NCBI GenBank assembly: GCA_963762565.1
Contig: CAVXLD010000001.1
Location: 1,184,001 to 1,248,000 of the forward strand
DNA length: 64,000 nt
Direction: 5' to 3'
Source: an uncultured Verrucomicrobiae bacterium
GTDB taxonomy: Bacteria; Verrucomicrobiota; Verrucomicrobiia; Chthoniobacterales; JAFAMB01
Shown here: positions 27,381 to 37,850 of the stretch, piece by piece
Layout of the letters: each line of letters begins with the position of its first letter
How positions within the stretch are numbered: the stretch's first letter is position 1
The notes under the pieces: generated by a model
What the model saw: only the letters and a program-made list of their open reading frames with translations
What the model was told of the DNA's origin: nothing
Database searches by the model: none
Translations under genes and position numbers: made by a program

Positions 27381-28901
27381 ATGTTGAATTCGCTTTTAGA
27401 GGATGCCAGCACAAAGTTTCCCCTCAACGTTGCCCTAATTTTCGAAGATAAGAGCTATAAGTACGCGGAGCTCTGCTGCCTGACGGAAAGCTTGTCGGCG
27501 GCTCTTATCGAACAGGGAGTTCGACCCGGAGACCGGGTGGCATTCCTGCTGCCGAACTGCCTGGAGATCGTCCTTTGCTACTATGCTTGTTTCAAGATCG
27601 GCGCTGTCGCCGTGCCGCTTAACATTCGCTTCACAGCAGAGCTGCTTGAATATGCGATCAATCATAGTGGCGCCCGTGTTCTCATCAGCGAACCAAACCT
27701 GTTTTCCCAAATCGAAAGAATCCGGTCGTCGCTGCGGGAAGTTAAACAATACTATCTGACATCACATGATTCGGAATTCGAGGGAGCCAGGCCTTTCGCC
27801 GACCTGCTGGCCACGACGTCTGATTTGAAACTCGAGACGTCTTCCGGGAACGGTCCGGCCGCTATCTACTACACTTCGGGCACGACAGGAGTGCCAAAAG
27901 CAGTAATCCATTCTCATGCCAGCCTGACGCAAGCAACCCAATACCAAATCGATCAGATCGCTATCACCTCAGCAGACACCACGCTGATCCTGTTCCCGAT
28001 CTGCTATCTGATCGGTTTTGGTTCTCAAATTCTGCCATTCCATCGGTGCGGAGCTACCTGTGTCTTGCTAGCTCAATTCGAACCTCGAGCTGCACTGGCC
28101 GCCATGGAAAGCCACAAGCCAACCAAAACCTACGGCTTCCCTAAGTTGTATCATGATTTGATCAACTGCCCGGATGCCGGCTCCTATAACGTCAAGTCCC
28201 TCAATTTTTGTTTTTCTGCGGGTGAAGCGATCGCAGTCGCTATCCAGGAACGATTTAAGCACGTCTTCGGAGTCGAGATCACAGAGGGCTGCGGGATGAC
28301 TGAGCTGCAGATTTACTGCATGAATCCTCCGTACGGCGACAAAAAGATTGGCTCAATCGGAAAACCAATCCGCGGTATGGAGCTTTCCCTGATTGATGAT
28401 TCGGGTCACTCGATTTCCACCGCGCGTCGGGTAGGAGAAATGATCGTGCGAGGGGGGAGTATGACCTCCGGCTATTGGCGCGATATCGAGCTAACTAACA
28501 AGAGCATTCGAGACGGATGGTTTCACACCGATGATCTTGCGTATCGGGATGAACAGGGCTTTTACTGGTTCGTCAGCCGCAAATCCGAAATTATTAGGAA
28601 CGAGGCCGGGCTAATCTCTCCCATCGAAGTGGAAGGCGCCTTATACGCACATCCGGCCGTGCTCGAGGCCGGCGTTATCGGTGTACCTGACCCATTCGAA
28701 GGTGAAGTCCCTCAAGCCTACGTTGTCGTCCGGCAGGAAAACCCTCCGGTGACGGAGTCACAACTAATCGATTTGGTGAGGAGTCGGCTCCCAGGCTACA
28801 AGGCGCCGACTCGGATCATTTTCACTGAGAGCTTACCTCACGGGCCTACAGGCAAAATCGATCGTAAAACTTTGCGAGCAAAGGCGCTAGCTTCCCATTA
28901 G
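27381..28901 (+). CDS. AMP-dependent acyl-CoA synthetase/ligase
   Basis: YTSGTTGVPKAV AMP-binding loop, GMTE, PIEVE..LY.HPAV, LPHGPTGKIDR. Confidence 0.92.
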   Translation: MLNSLLEDASTKFPLNVALIFEDKSYKYAELCCLTESLSAALIEQGVRPGDRVAFLLPNCLEIVLCYYACFKIGAVAVPLNIRFTAELLEYAINHSGARVLISEPNLFSQIERIRSSLREVKQYYLTSHDSEFEGARPFADLLATTSDLKLETSSGNGPAAIYYTSGTTGVPKAVIHSHASLTQATQYQIDQIAITSADTTLILFPICYLIGFGSQILPFHRCGATCVLLAQFEPRAALAAMESHKPTKTYGFPKLYHDLINCPDAGSYNVKSLNFCFSAGEAIAVAIQERFKHVFGVEITEGCGMTELQIYCMNPPYGDKKIGSIGKPIRGMELSLIDDSGHSISTARRVGEMIVRGGSMTSGYWRDIELTNKSIRDGWFHTDDLAYRDEQGFYWFVSRKSEIIRNEAGLISPIEVEGALYAHPAVLEAGVIGVPDPFEGEVPQAYVVVRQENPPVTESQLIDLVRSRLPGYKAPTRIIFTESLPHGPTGKIDRKTLRAKALASH

Positions 28902-29240
28902 CTTCTCTCGCCGCTCCGCCTGCATCGCTTCTAATTTTTTTGATTGCTCGGGAGTCAATACTTTGCCGGCCTGTTCTTTAAAATTCGTTTGAATAGCCTG
29001 GACCTTACGCAGTTTCTGCAACTTGCCCAGGGAGGAGTTGGCCATCAGCGCTTTAATCGCTTGGTCTCGTTGCGCTACTATCGGAGTCATCGCCTTCTGT
29101 TGTTGTTCGTTCAGCTGAAGCTTTTCCGTAAGCTCCTTCATTTGGATCCCTTCCATGGCTTGACCGATGGCAAGACTCGTGAAGCAGAAAACGGCTGCTA
29201 CGAGCACGACTAGTTGGGGGAATAATTTGACTGATTTCAT
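28887..29240 (-). CDS. Small secreted helical protein, Spy/CpxP (LTXXQ)-like
   Basis: Signal peptide; LQLNEQQ and VLTPEQ motifs. Confidence 0.65.
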   Translation of the reverse strand: MKSVKLFPQLVVLVAAVFCFTSLAIGQAMEGIQMKELTEKLQLNEQQQKAMTPIVAQRDQAIKALMANSSLGKLQKLRKVQAIQTNFKEQAGKVLTPEQSKKLEAMQAERREKLMGS

Positions 29241-29311
29241 TCGAATTAACTGGGGTTGTTGGTTTGTGGTTATTTGTTGGGGAGTAAAGTCGGATTCGGG
29301 AGGCATGCATC

Positions 29312-29443
29312 GGGGAGGGCGCGCGTCCCCGCGCGCCGCGACGACGTGACAGAACCAAAGATGTATATTTGTCCCTGATCACAGCATGTCCTCGGCTCCG
29401 GTAACAATCCGGCGGCTGCCGGACGAGGACGCGATCCCTCCCG
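29312..29443. repeat. REP-like doublet (GGGAGGG family)
   Basis: GGGAGGGCGCGCGTCCCCGCGCGCCGCG ... CGAGGACGCGATCCCTCCCG. Confidence 0.8.
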
Positions 29444-29507
29444 GGCGATGGGCGTTCAGACACCTCTATCCCAGGGAAAAAAAACCGGGCTGTTTTCTTA
29501 AACCATT

Positions 29508-32500
29508 TCATGGTTTAAATCGACTTGGCCGGGCTTTAACTTTCCGCCTTGTAACTAACTTTTCAATCAGGCAGAAGCTGGCCGGGATCAGGAAAATCGC
29601 GATGGCACATGCCGCGAACATTCCGCCGATCACGGTCGTGCCCATTACTTGCCGGGCAACCGCACCGGAGCCGGAGGCCATCCAAAGGGGTACGCATCCG
29701 AGGATGAAGGCGAAAGAGGTCATCAAAATTGGCCGGAGCCGCAAGCGGGCAGCGGCCAGGGCTGCGTCTACTAACGGAGTGCCCCGTTCATACTCAACCT
29801 TGGCAAACTCAACTATCAAAATGGCGTTCTTAGCAACCAGTCCAATGATCATAACCAGCCCAATTTGGGCAAAGACGTTATTTTCGATTTGGACGAGATA
29901 GGAAGGCAGAAACAGCCCGTTGATTAACCGCCGCAAATAGAGCATCCCAAATGCCCCGAAAACAGCGATCGGTGTGCTTAATAGCACGCTGAATGGAAGC
30001 GACCAACTTTCGTACAACGCGGCTAAGATCAAAAACACAAATAAAAGCGAAAACCCAAAGATGGCCGCCGCCGGCACACCTTGTTGGGTTTGTTTCTCCT
30101 GGAACGACATGCCCAGATAGTCATATCCCATCTCAGGGGGCATTGTTTGGGCAAAGACCTCTTCCAGCGCCTTCATCGCCTGATCGGAGGTGTACCCAGG
30201 AGCGATCGCGGCATTGATTTGGGCGGAGCCATATAGATTGTAGCGCATGGTAAACTCCGGCCCAGAGCGTCTCTCGATTCGGGTGACGGTACTTAACGGA
30301 ACCATCTTGTTCTGGCTATTACGGACATAAAACTCTCCCAGGTTCTGCGCGTCTGTCCGATACTTGCCTTCCGCTTGGACGTAAACCTGCCACTGACGTC
30401 CAAACCGGTTGAAATAGTTAATAAATGTTCCTCCCATTAAGGCCTGGACCGCCTGATAGACGTCGCTAATCGCAATCCCTTGGTTCAGGGTTTTGTCTAG
30501 ATCCACGTCGACATAGGTCTGCGGGACGTTAGGCTGGAAAGTTGTGCTGATCTGGGCTAGCTCGGGTCGTTTCCGAGCCGCGCAAAGGAAGGTGTCAACG
30601 TTCCTTGAGAGAAGCCCGGCATCTCCGCCTGACCGGTCTTCAAGCACGAAGCTAATATCACCAGACGCACCGGCACCCGGAATTGCCGGAGGAGAAAAAG
30701 CGAAGGCGATCGCCTCCGGCAGCTGAGACAGTTCCCGGTTAACTTGAGCTTTGATCCCTTGATAGGTTTCGTGACGTTGTTCGCGCTCTTTCCATGGGGT
30801 CAACGACACGAACAAAAACGCGCTATAGGTACTTTGGACGCCGCTCAGTAAGCTCGAGCCGATGGTAGTGGTGACGTAACCAACTCCGGGCGTCCGCGAC
30901 ACTAAGTTTTCGATCTTGCGGCAAACCTCGTCCGTGCGCTGCAACGATGCCGCATTCGGAAGTTGCAAATTGATGTAGAAATATCCCTGATCTTCGTCCG
31001 GCAGGAAACTTGTTGGGATTTTCCTGCCAAACAGGAAAGCTGCGCCTCCAAAAACCACGATCAAGGCGATGGCTAACCCAGTCCGCCGGATGAAGAGAGC
31101 CGAAATCCGGACATATCCTTCGGTGGCGCGTCCAAATATCTGATTGAACCAGCGAAAGAAAGCTCCCAGGGGTCCGGTACCTTTCCGCCGCGGCCGGAGC
31201 AAGAGCGCACATAACGCCGGACTAAGGGTCAGGGCGTTAAAGGCTGAGATTAAGACTGAGATAGCGATGGTGACGGCAAACTGCTGGTAGAGTCTCCCGG
31301 TGATCCCCGGAATAAAAGCGGTGGGCACAAAGACCGATGCTAAGACCAGAGCGACACCGATGACCGGACCGGTAATCTCTTTCATGGCCTTGAGCGTAGC
31401 TTCCCTGGCCGAGAGTCCAGCCTCGATGTGGTGTTCCACCGCTTCGACTACCACAATGGCGTCGTCAACTACCAGGCCGATTGCCAAGACCAGGCCAAAT
31501 AGCGAAAGTGTGTTGATCGAAAAACCTAGCAGCGGAAAAAATATAAAAGTGCCGATCAAAGAAACCGGCACGGCTAACAGCGGAATGAGGGTTGCTCGCC
31601 AGCTCTGCAGAAAGAGGTAGACGACCAGGATCACTAGAACGAGCGCCTCGACTAACGTCTTGATCATTTCCTCGATGCCGGCTGTAACGGGCTTGGTTGT
31701 GTCCAACGAGACCACATAGTCCACGCCTTGAGGAAATCGTTCCTTGAGCTGGGTCATTAGTGTCTTGACGCCATTCGCCGAAGCCAACGCATTGGTACCA
31801 GGAAGTTGATAGACAGAGACCACCGCGGCGGGTTTACCATTAAATCGACCTCTGGTGTTGTACGCTTGCGCGCCAAATTCCACCCGTCCGACATCTTTAA
31901 GTCGCACGGAGCCACCGCCCGTCTCCTGTCGCAGCAGGATATTGCCGAATTCTTCGGGGCTCATTAGGCGTCCTTGGGCTCGGGCCGTGTAGGTAAATTC
32001 CTGTCCACTGGGCGCGGGTTCACTGCCAATCTGGCCTGCCGAATTAACCGTGTTCTGCGCTTGAACCGCGTTCACAATATCCGAAACAGTCATATTTAAC
32101 CGGGCTAGCTCGTCCGGTTTCAGCCACAAACGCATCGCGTACTGTCCGGCGCCCGAGATTTGGACATTGGAGATGCCGCGCACCCGGGTAAGCGCATCAT
32201 TCAGATTGATATAGGCATAGTTCGACAGGAAGAGGGCGTCCCGGCTTCCATCCGGCGAATAGAGAGCAATCACCATGAGCGGCGCTGCTAACGATTTTTG
32301 GACGGTCACGCCGAGGTTGTTGACAGCGCTCGGCAACTGAGACGCTGCTTGCGTTTCCCGCATTTGCGCTAGGATCTGATCCGTATTGGGATCAGACGCC
32401 AGGTCGAAATCGACAGTCAACACCATTTGGCCGCTGTTAGCGTTGACCGAATACATGTAGTTCATGTTGTCGACGCCGCTCATCTGTTGCTCAATCGGCG

Positions 32501-32687
32501 TAGCCACAGCCTGTTCTACGGTGCGCGCATCCGCTCCCGTATAGTTAGCGGTGATCACAGTCTGAGGAGTGACGATTTCCGGAAACAAGGAGACCGGTAG
32601 AACATTGGTCGAGATTCCGCCAACGATGACCGTTAGAACGGAAATAACGATCGCCACGATCGGCCGGTTAATAAAGAACTTAGACAT
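29508..32687 (-). CDS. RND efflux transporter permease, HAE1 family (paralog 2)
   Basis: MSKFFINRPI, LAIGLVVDDAIVVVE, AKNAILIVEF, RLRPILMTS; 1059 aa. Confidence 0.96.
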   Translation of the reverse strand: MSKFFINRPIVAIVISVLTVIVGGISTNVLPVSLFPEIVTPQTVITANYTGADARTVEQAVATPIEQQMSGVDNMNYMYSVNANSGQMVLTVDFDLASDPNTDQILAQMRETQAASQLPSAVNNLGVTVQKSLAAPLMVIALYSPDGSRDALFLSNYAYINLNDALTRVRGISNVQISGAGQYAMRLWLKPDELARLNMTVSDIVNAVQAQNTVNSAGQIGSEPAPSGQEFTYTARAQGRLMSPEEFGNILLRQETGGGSVRLKDVGRVEFGAQAYNTRGRFNGKPAAVVSVYQLPGTNALASANGVKTLMTQLKERFPQGVDYVVSLDTTKPVTAGIEEMIKTLVEALVLVILVVYLFLQSWRATLIPLLAVPVSLIGTFIFFPLLGFSINTLSLFGLVLAIGLVVDDAIVVVEAVEHHIEAGLSAREATLKAMKEITGPVIGVALVLASVFVPTAFIPGITGRLYQQFAVTIAISVLISAFNALTLSPALCALLLRPRRKGTGPLGAFFRWFNQIFGRATEGYVRISALFIRRTGLAIALIVVFGGAAFLFGRKIPTSFLPDEDQGYFYINLQLPNAASLQRTDEVCRKIENLVSRTPGVGYVTTTIGSSLLSGVQSTYSAFLFVSLTPWKEREQRHETYQGIKAQVNRELSQLPEAIAFAFSPPAIPGAGASGDISFVLEDRSGGDAGLLSRNVDTFLCAARKRPELAQISTTFQPNVPQTYVDVDLDKTLNQGIAISDVYQAVQALMGGTFINYFNRFGRQWQVYVQAEGKYRTDAQNLGEFYVRNSQNKMVPLSTVTRIERRSGPEFTMRYNLYGSAQINAAIAPGYTSDQAMKALEEVFAQTMPPEMGYDYLGMSFQEKQTQQGVPAAAIFGFSLLFVFLILAALYESWSLPFSVLLSTPIAVFGAFGMLYLRRLINGLFLPSYLVQIENNVFAQIGLVMIIGLVAKNAILIVEFAKVEYERGTPLVDAALAAARLRLRPILMTSFAFILGCVPLWMASGSGAVARQVMGTTVIGGMFAACAIAIFLIPASFCLIEKLVTRRKVKARPSRFKP

Positions 32688-32706
32688 CGAGGGTGCGGCG
32701 GTTTTT

Positions 32707-32786
32707 GGAGTTGCGGGTCACGGGTGTGGTAGGGCGTCAGGGGTGTGTACACGGATAGGACCTATGGGACCTATAGGACTCATAAG
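32707..32786. repeat. Short 7-mer and 9-mer repeat arms between the two RND genes
   Basis: GGAGTTG CGGGTCA CGGGTG, and ATAGGACCT ATGGGACCT ATAGGACTC ATAAG, which overlaps the upstream RND stop codon. Confidence 0.55.
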
Positions 32787-35700
32787 TCGGCTAGCGGCTG
32801 CTGCCGCCCGCGGTGTTTACGGCCTACAAAGGCAGCTACGGTTTCGACCATACAGAAGCCGGCCGGGATTAAGAAGATGGCCAGCAAACTGGCTGCGAGC
32901 ATTCCGCCGATGACCCCGGTACCTAGTACTTGCCGGGCGACTGCACCCGACCCTGAAGCTAGTGCGAGTGGAATACAGCCAACGATAAAGGCGAATGAGG
33001 TCATCACAATCGGGCGCAGGCGCAAACGCGCGCCGGCCAGCGCGGCATCGACCAGGTTGGCGCCCCGCTCATATTCGGTTTTGGCGAATTCAACGATCAA
33101 TATGGCGTTCTTAGCAACCAGACCGATGATCATGACTAATCCAATCTGCGCATAAACGTTGTTCTCGATCTGCACCAGTATGGGCGGCAGAAATGCCGCG
33201 GTGACCATTCGGCGGAGATATAGCGCGCCTAACGAACCAAAGACGGCGACCGGTGTGCTTAGCAGCACACTGACTGGGAGCCACCAACTTTCATAGAGAG
33301 CGGCGAGAATCAAAAATACGAATAACAACGAAAAACCGAAAATGAGGGCCGGAGGCGCTCCCTGTTGAGCCTTCTTCTCTTGGAATGACATGCCCAAGTA
33401 GTCATATCCCATCTCTGCCGGCATCGTCTGGGCAAAGACCCTTTCCAGCGCACTCATAGCCTGGGCGGAACTGTAGCCTGCTGCCGGGATCGCTTGAATT
33501 TGAGCCGAGCGAAACAGATTGTAGCGCATGGTAAATTCAGGACCGAATTCTCTACGAACACGCACTACTGAAGAAAGAGGCACTGCGTTGTTGTTTTGGT
33601 TCCTGACATAGAACTGGCCAACCTGATCGGCTCTGGTCCGAGATTCTCCGCCGGCCTGCACGTACACTTGCCACTGACGGCCGAAGCGGTTGAAGTAGTT
33701 GACGAAAGAACCACCCAGAAAACTTTGGAGGGTGTTGTAAATATCGGTCAGCGCCACTCCCTGGCTAAGGGCTTTCGCCCGATCGACGTCAAAATAAACC
33801 TGGGGTACGCTGGGGAGCAGTGTCGTAATCACTCGGCCGAGCTCAGGTTGCTGGCGGGCAGCATCCAGGAAAACATCGACGTTGCGCGCCAGAAACTCCG
33901 CGCCTTTGTCGATGCGGTTCTCTAGCACGAAGGACACGCCTCCAGCCACACCGGCTCCGGGAATCGCCGGCGGAGAAAATCCGAATACAGTCCCTTCCGG
34001 AAATTGGAGGAGTTTCAGATTAAGCAGCCCCTTAAGAGCTTGATATTGTTCGGTTATCTTTTTCCGTTCCCCCCAAGGATCCAAAGTTACAAAAAAGAAA
34101 CCGCTATAGGTAGTTTGCACGTTGCTTAGCAAACTGAACCCTGCGATCGCTGTCGTATATCGCACCCCTGGAGTTTGAGCGAGCAATGCTTCGATTTTTC
34201 GGCAGGCCTCATCGGTGCGTTGGAGAGAGGCGGCTTGGGGAAGTTGGAGATTGATGTAGAAATAGCCCTGATCTTCGTCCGGTAGAAAGCTGATGGGCAG
34301 CTGTTGACCGAAAAAGATTGCGACCGCGCCAAACGCGAATAGCAAAATCAGGGTTAGACCTGTTCTACGGATCAGCAAACCCGAGGTGCGCACATATCCG
34401 TCTGTAACCCGACTAAAGAGCCGGTTAAACCAACTAAAGAATCTTTGTAATAGCCCAGTTCGCTCCTGCCGGGGTCGCAACAGCATCGCACACAGGGCTG
34501 GGCTAAGCGTCAGGGCATTGATTGCGGAAAGGAGAACCGAGACCGCGATGGTAACTGCGAACTGTTGATACAGGCGGCCGGTGATACCCGGGATGAAAGC
34601 CGTGGGTACAAAAACCGAGCCGAGTACTAGGGCAACCCCAATAACCGGCGCAGTGATTTCTTTCATCGCTGCGAGCGTCGCCTCTTTGGGAGCTAACCCT
34701 TCGTGGATGTGTCGCTCCACGGCTTCGACGACGACGATGGCGTCATCCACTACCAACCCGATCGCTAAAACCAATCCAAACAGCGAAAGCGTGTTGATCG
34801 AAAAACCGAGCAGAGGGAAGAAAATAAAAGTGCCGATCAATGACACCGGGACCGCCAGCAGCGGAATGAGCGTTGCCCTCCAGCTCTGGAGAAAGAGATA
34901 AACGACGATCACCACTAACCCGAGCGCCTCTAATAAGGTCTTAACCATTTCCTCAATGCCTGCGGTTACCGGCAAGGTGGTATCTAGCGCGATCACATAG
35001 TCCATTCCGCGTGGAAATCGCGCCTTCAGCTCGGCCATCCGTTTTTTGACGCCTTCCGCAGCTGTCAATCCATTGATGCCCGGAAGTTGATAGATCGCGA
35101 GCACGGCGCTGGGCTGACCATTCAATCGGGCGTATGTACTGTAGACTTGTGAGCCGAGCTCAACACTGGCCACATCGCTAATGCGGACAACCGCACCGTT
35201 CGTCGATTGACGCACGATGATACTGCCGAATTGCTCCGGGGTCGTCAGCTGTCCCCGCGCCACCGCCATATAAGTGAATTCCTGACCGTTGGGCACTGGC
35301 TCGCCGCCGGCAAAACCAACCGGATTCACCGCGTTCTGCTGTTGAACGGCGTTAGTAACGTCCGAAACCGTCACATTCAATCGGGCTAGCTGTTCGGGCT
35401 TTAGCCAAATGCGGATCGCGTACTGGCCGGATCCAAAGACCTGCACGTTAGAGATACCGGGGACTCGGGTTAACTGATCGTTGAGATTGATGTAGGCGTA
35501 GTTCGCCAAAAATTGAGAACTATAGCGGCCGTCAGGGGAACGCAAAGCAATCAACATCAGCGGCGCAGCAAACGATTTCTGGACACTGATTCCTTGTGAC
35601 ACCACTTCCGGCGGCAGTTGAGCGCTGGCCTGTGATTGCCGCATCTGCGTCAAAACCTGATCGGTTTTCGGATCGCTGTTTTCGTCAAAATTGACCCTCA

Positions 35701-35968
35701 ACTTCATCTGGCCGGTATTCGAGTTGAGGGAATACATGTAGTTTAACTTATCGACCCCGCTGATCTGCTGCTCGATCGGCGTGGCCACGGATTGCTCCAC
35801 GGTGACGGCATCTGAACCGGGGAAGGTTGCCGAAACTACGATTTCAGGAGGAGTTATGTTCGGATAGAGCGAAACCGGCAAAAATAATAGGCAGGTCAGA
35901 CCGACTATTATTGTCAAAATCGAGAGGACAATAGCGAGGATCGGTCGCTGAATGAAAAATCCGGACAT
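32780..35968 (-). CDS. RND efflux transporter permease, HAE1 family (paralog 1)
   Basis: MSGFFIQRPI, LAIGLVVDDAIVVVE, AKNAILIVEF, RLRPIVMTS; 1062 aa. Confidence 0.96.
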   Translation of the reverse strand: MSGFFIQRPILAIVLSILTIIVGLTCLLFLPVSLYPNITPPEIVVSATFPGSDAVTVEQSVATPIEQQISGVDKLNYMYSLNSNTGQMKLRVNFDENSDPKTDQVLTQMRQSQASAQLPPEVVSQGISVQKSFAAPLMLIALRSPDGRYSSQFLANYAYINLNDQLTRVPGISNVQVFGSGQYAIRIWLKPEQLARLNVTVSDVTNAVQQQNAVNPVGFAGGEPVPNGQEFTYMAVARGQLTTPEQFGSIIVRQSTNGAVVRISDVASVELGSQVYSTYARLNGQPSAVLAIYQLPGINGLTAAEGVKKRMAELKARFPRGMDYVIALDTTLPVTAGIEEMVKTLLEALGLVVIVVYLFLQSWRATLIPLLAVPVSLIGTFIFFPLLGFSINTLSLFGLVLAIGLVVDDAIVVVEAVERHIHEGLAPKEATLAAMKEITAPVIGVALVLGSVFVPTAFIPGITGRLYQQFAVTIAVSVLLSAINALTLSPALCAMLLRPRQERTGLLQRFFSWFNRLFSRVTDGYVRTSGLLIRRTGLTLILLFAFGAVAIFFGQQLPISFLPDEDQGYFYINLQLPQAASLQRTDEACRKIEALLAQTPGVRYTTAIAGFSLLSNVQTTYSGFFFVTLDPWGERKKITEQYQALKGLLNLKLLQFPEGTVFGFSPPAIPGAGVAGGVSFVLENRIDKGAEFLARNVDVFLDAARQQPELGRVITTLLPSVPQVYFDVDRAKALSQGVALTDIYNTLQSFLGGSFVNYFNRFGRQWQVYVQAGGESRTRADQVGQFYVRNQNNNAVPLSSVVRVRREFGPEFTMRYNLFRSAQIQAIPAAGYSSAQAMSALERVFAQTMPAEMGYDYLGMSFQEKKAQQGAPPALIFGFSLLFVFLILAALYESWWLPVSVLLSTPVAVFGSLGALYLRRMVTAAFLPPILVQIENNVYAQIGLVMIIGLVAKNAILIVEFAKTEYERGANLVDAALAGARLRLRPIVMTSFAFIVGCIPLALASGSGAVARQVLGTGVIGGMLAASLLAIFLIPAGFCMVETVAAFVGRKHRGRQQPLADL

Positions 35969-36011
35969 AGTCAGTGCCGTACTAGGCGCTTAGAGGTCAC
36001 CACGGATCTCC

Positions 36012-37189
36012 TTATTGGGATTGTACCGGACGCTCCGGCTTCCATTCAGTTGGCTTAACCAACTCGTTGTCGCGCACTTTCTGTAAGCCTTCGGCTACGA
36101 CCCGCTCCCCTGGTTTCAATCCGTCTTCGACCACCCAAAGAGAGCCTACCCGTTCGCCCACCTTGACCGTCCGGATCTCCGCTTTATTGTCGCCTCCAAC
36201 GACGGCTAGCTCATAACTCGTCTGCAATTCGTTTACCGCACGTTGCGGAACAAGCAATGCCCCATGTAGTGACCTGACGGTGACTCGGACGCGAACAAAT
36301 TGGCCTGGGCGTAAAATATTGTCAGGATTAGGAAATAGGGCGGCCAGCCGGATCGTACCGGTCTGGTTGTCTACCTGGCGGTCGACGGCGGAAAATTTTC
36401 CCTGAGCGGGTACAGTGAACCGTCGGCCAGAATAATCTCTACTGGCGGCGCCGGCGCAGGTGGTACGGTTCGCTTCGATCCGCTCCTGCGCGACTTTCAG
36501 GTAGTCCTGCTCACTGATTTGAAAATAGGCCTTGATCGGATCCACGGTCGAAATCGTCGCGAGCGGATTAGCATCGCTTGGTCCCACGAGATCGCCAATC
36601 CCCGGATTCGCGATCCCGGCAACGCCACCAATGGGTGCCGTGATTTTCGTAAATCCAAATTCAGCTCTGCCTGTCGCACGGCCGCCTCCTGAGCCTTTAC
36701 TGGGCTTTCGCCGCAGTATTGGCCTGAACCGCATTATCTAGGTTTTGTGCGCTTTCGACTTTCTGTTCGAAGAGTTGGGTTTCGCGTTTTTCGGTCTGTT
36801 CGGTTTGAAGCTGGTTCGCCTGGGCTTGGCGAGGCCGCTTTTGCTTGTTCTACCGCTGCTTCGTAGAAGCTCGGATCGACCTGAAACAGCAGATCGCCTT
36901 GCTGGACCACCGTTCCCTCTTTGTAATTTTGCGAGATCAGGTATCCGGAGACGCGTGCCCTGACATCTGCGTCTACCGATCCATCCAAGGACCCAATCCA
37001 TTCCCGCACTACGGGAACATCTTGCTGAATGGCTTCCGTCACGAGGACCTCCGGAGGTCCCGAGATGATGTTATTAGTTCCGGATTTCGAGCATCCCGCG
37101 AAAACAGCAGCGAAAAGGCCGGCTATGGGCTGTACCCCACAGAGGCCTACGAAAAGATGGAATCTCAAAATGCGGGGGAACGGCTTCAT
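36012..37189 (-). CDS. RND periplasmic adaptor (membrane fusion protein), lipoprotein; several frameshifts
   Basis: Fragments: FAGC lipobox, VRARVSGYL..Y.EG..V..GDLLFQVDP, FTKITAPIGG, TGTIRL.A.FPNP...LRPGQF, GLKPGERVV.EGLQK. Confidence 0.88.
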
Positions 37190-37827
37190 AAAAAGAAAAC
37201 GCGCAAAGAACTCCTGCGAACCTAGCCATCGCTGGATTCACAGATGAGGGCGGCATCCTGCCTTATTTCTTCGAGCGATGCCCTAGACCACGCGAACGCC
37301 TGATAAATCAAGGGAAAGCAGGAAAAGGAAGCCGGACGAAAAATTCTTCTCCGAGGTGACCGATTTGCTATCGAAAATCAGTTTTTGAGACAAGCCTTAT
37401 CTACAGGCCGCCCTGTCCATATTCCGAAAAAGCGAACCCGGAAGCTCCAGTCCGCTATCACCGCCACCAGCAAAAATCCCTACGCTGCAAATGCAGCGAG
37501 TCAACCGAGAAGAGATAACAGCCGGAGATGAACGAAGATTTACGTAAAACGGCAAGAGCTGGAAGAGCGGAAAGAACGCAAAAAAAAGCGCCGGTAGGGC
37601 GAAAGGGGTGACACTGCGGCGAGGGCGGGTCCTCGGGATGTCTTATCGCCTGAACTCCGGCAACTCCTCGAACTCCTTTTCTTTGCCTTCTCTGCGCTCT
37701 TTTGTGGCTATTCGGCGGGTCTAACTGGGGCTTCCGTTCGTGGCTAGCACAATCGATAGAATTCCAAAGTGGTATCACGAACTTCGCGAGATGCGGATCT
37801 TTTAAAATACCACATCTTCCGCCATGC

Positions 37828-37846
37828 TCAGCTCAAATTGAGCTGA
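37828..37846. promoter_or_regulatory. Perfect palindrome directly upstream of a start codon
   Basis: TCAGCTCAA-A-TTGAGCTGA, ending 4 nt before the ATG at 37851. Confidence 0.4.
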
Positions 37847-37850
37847 CAAG

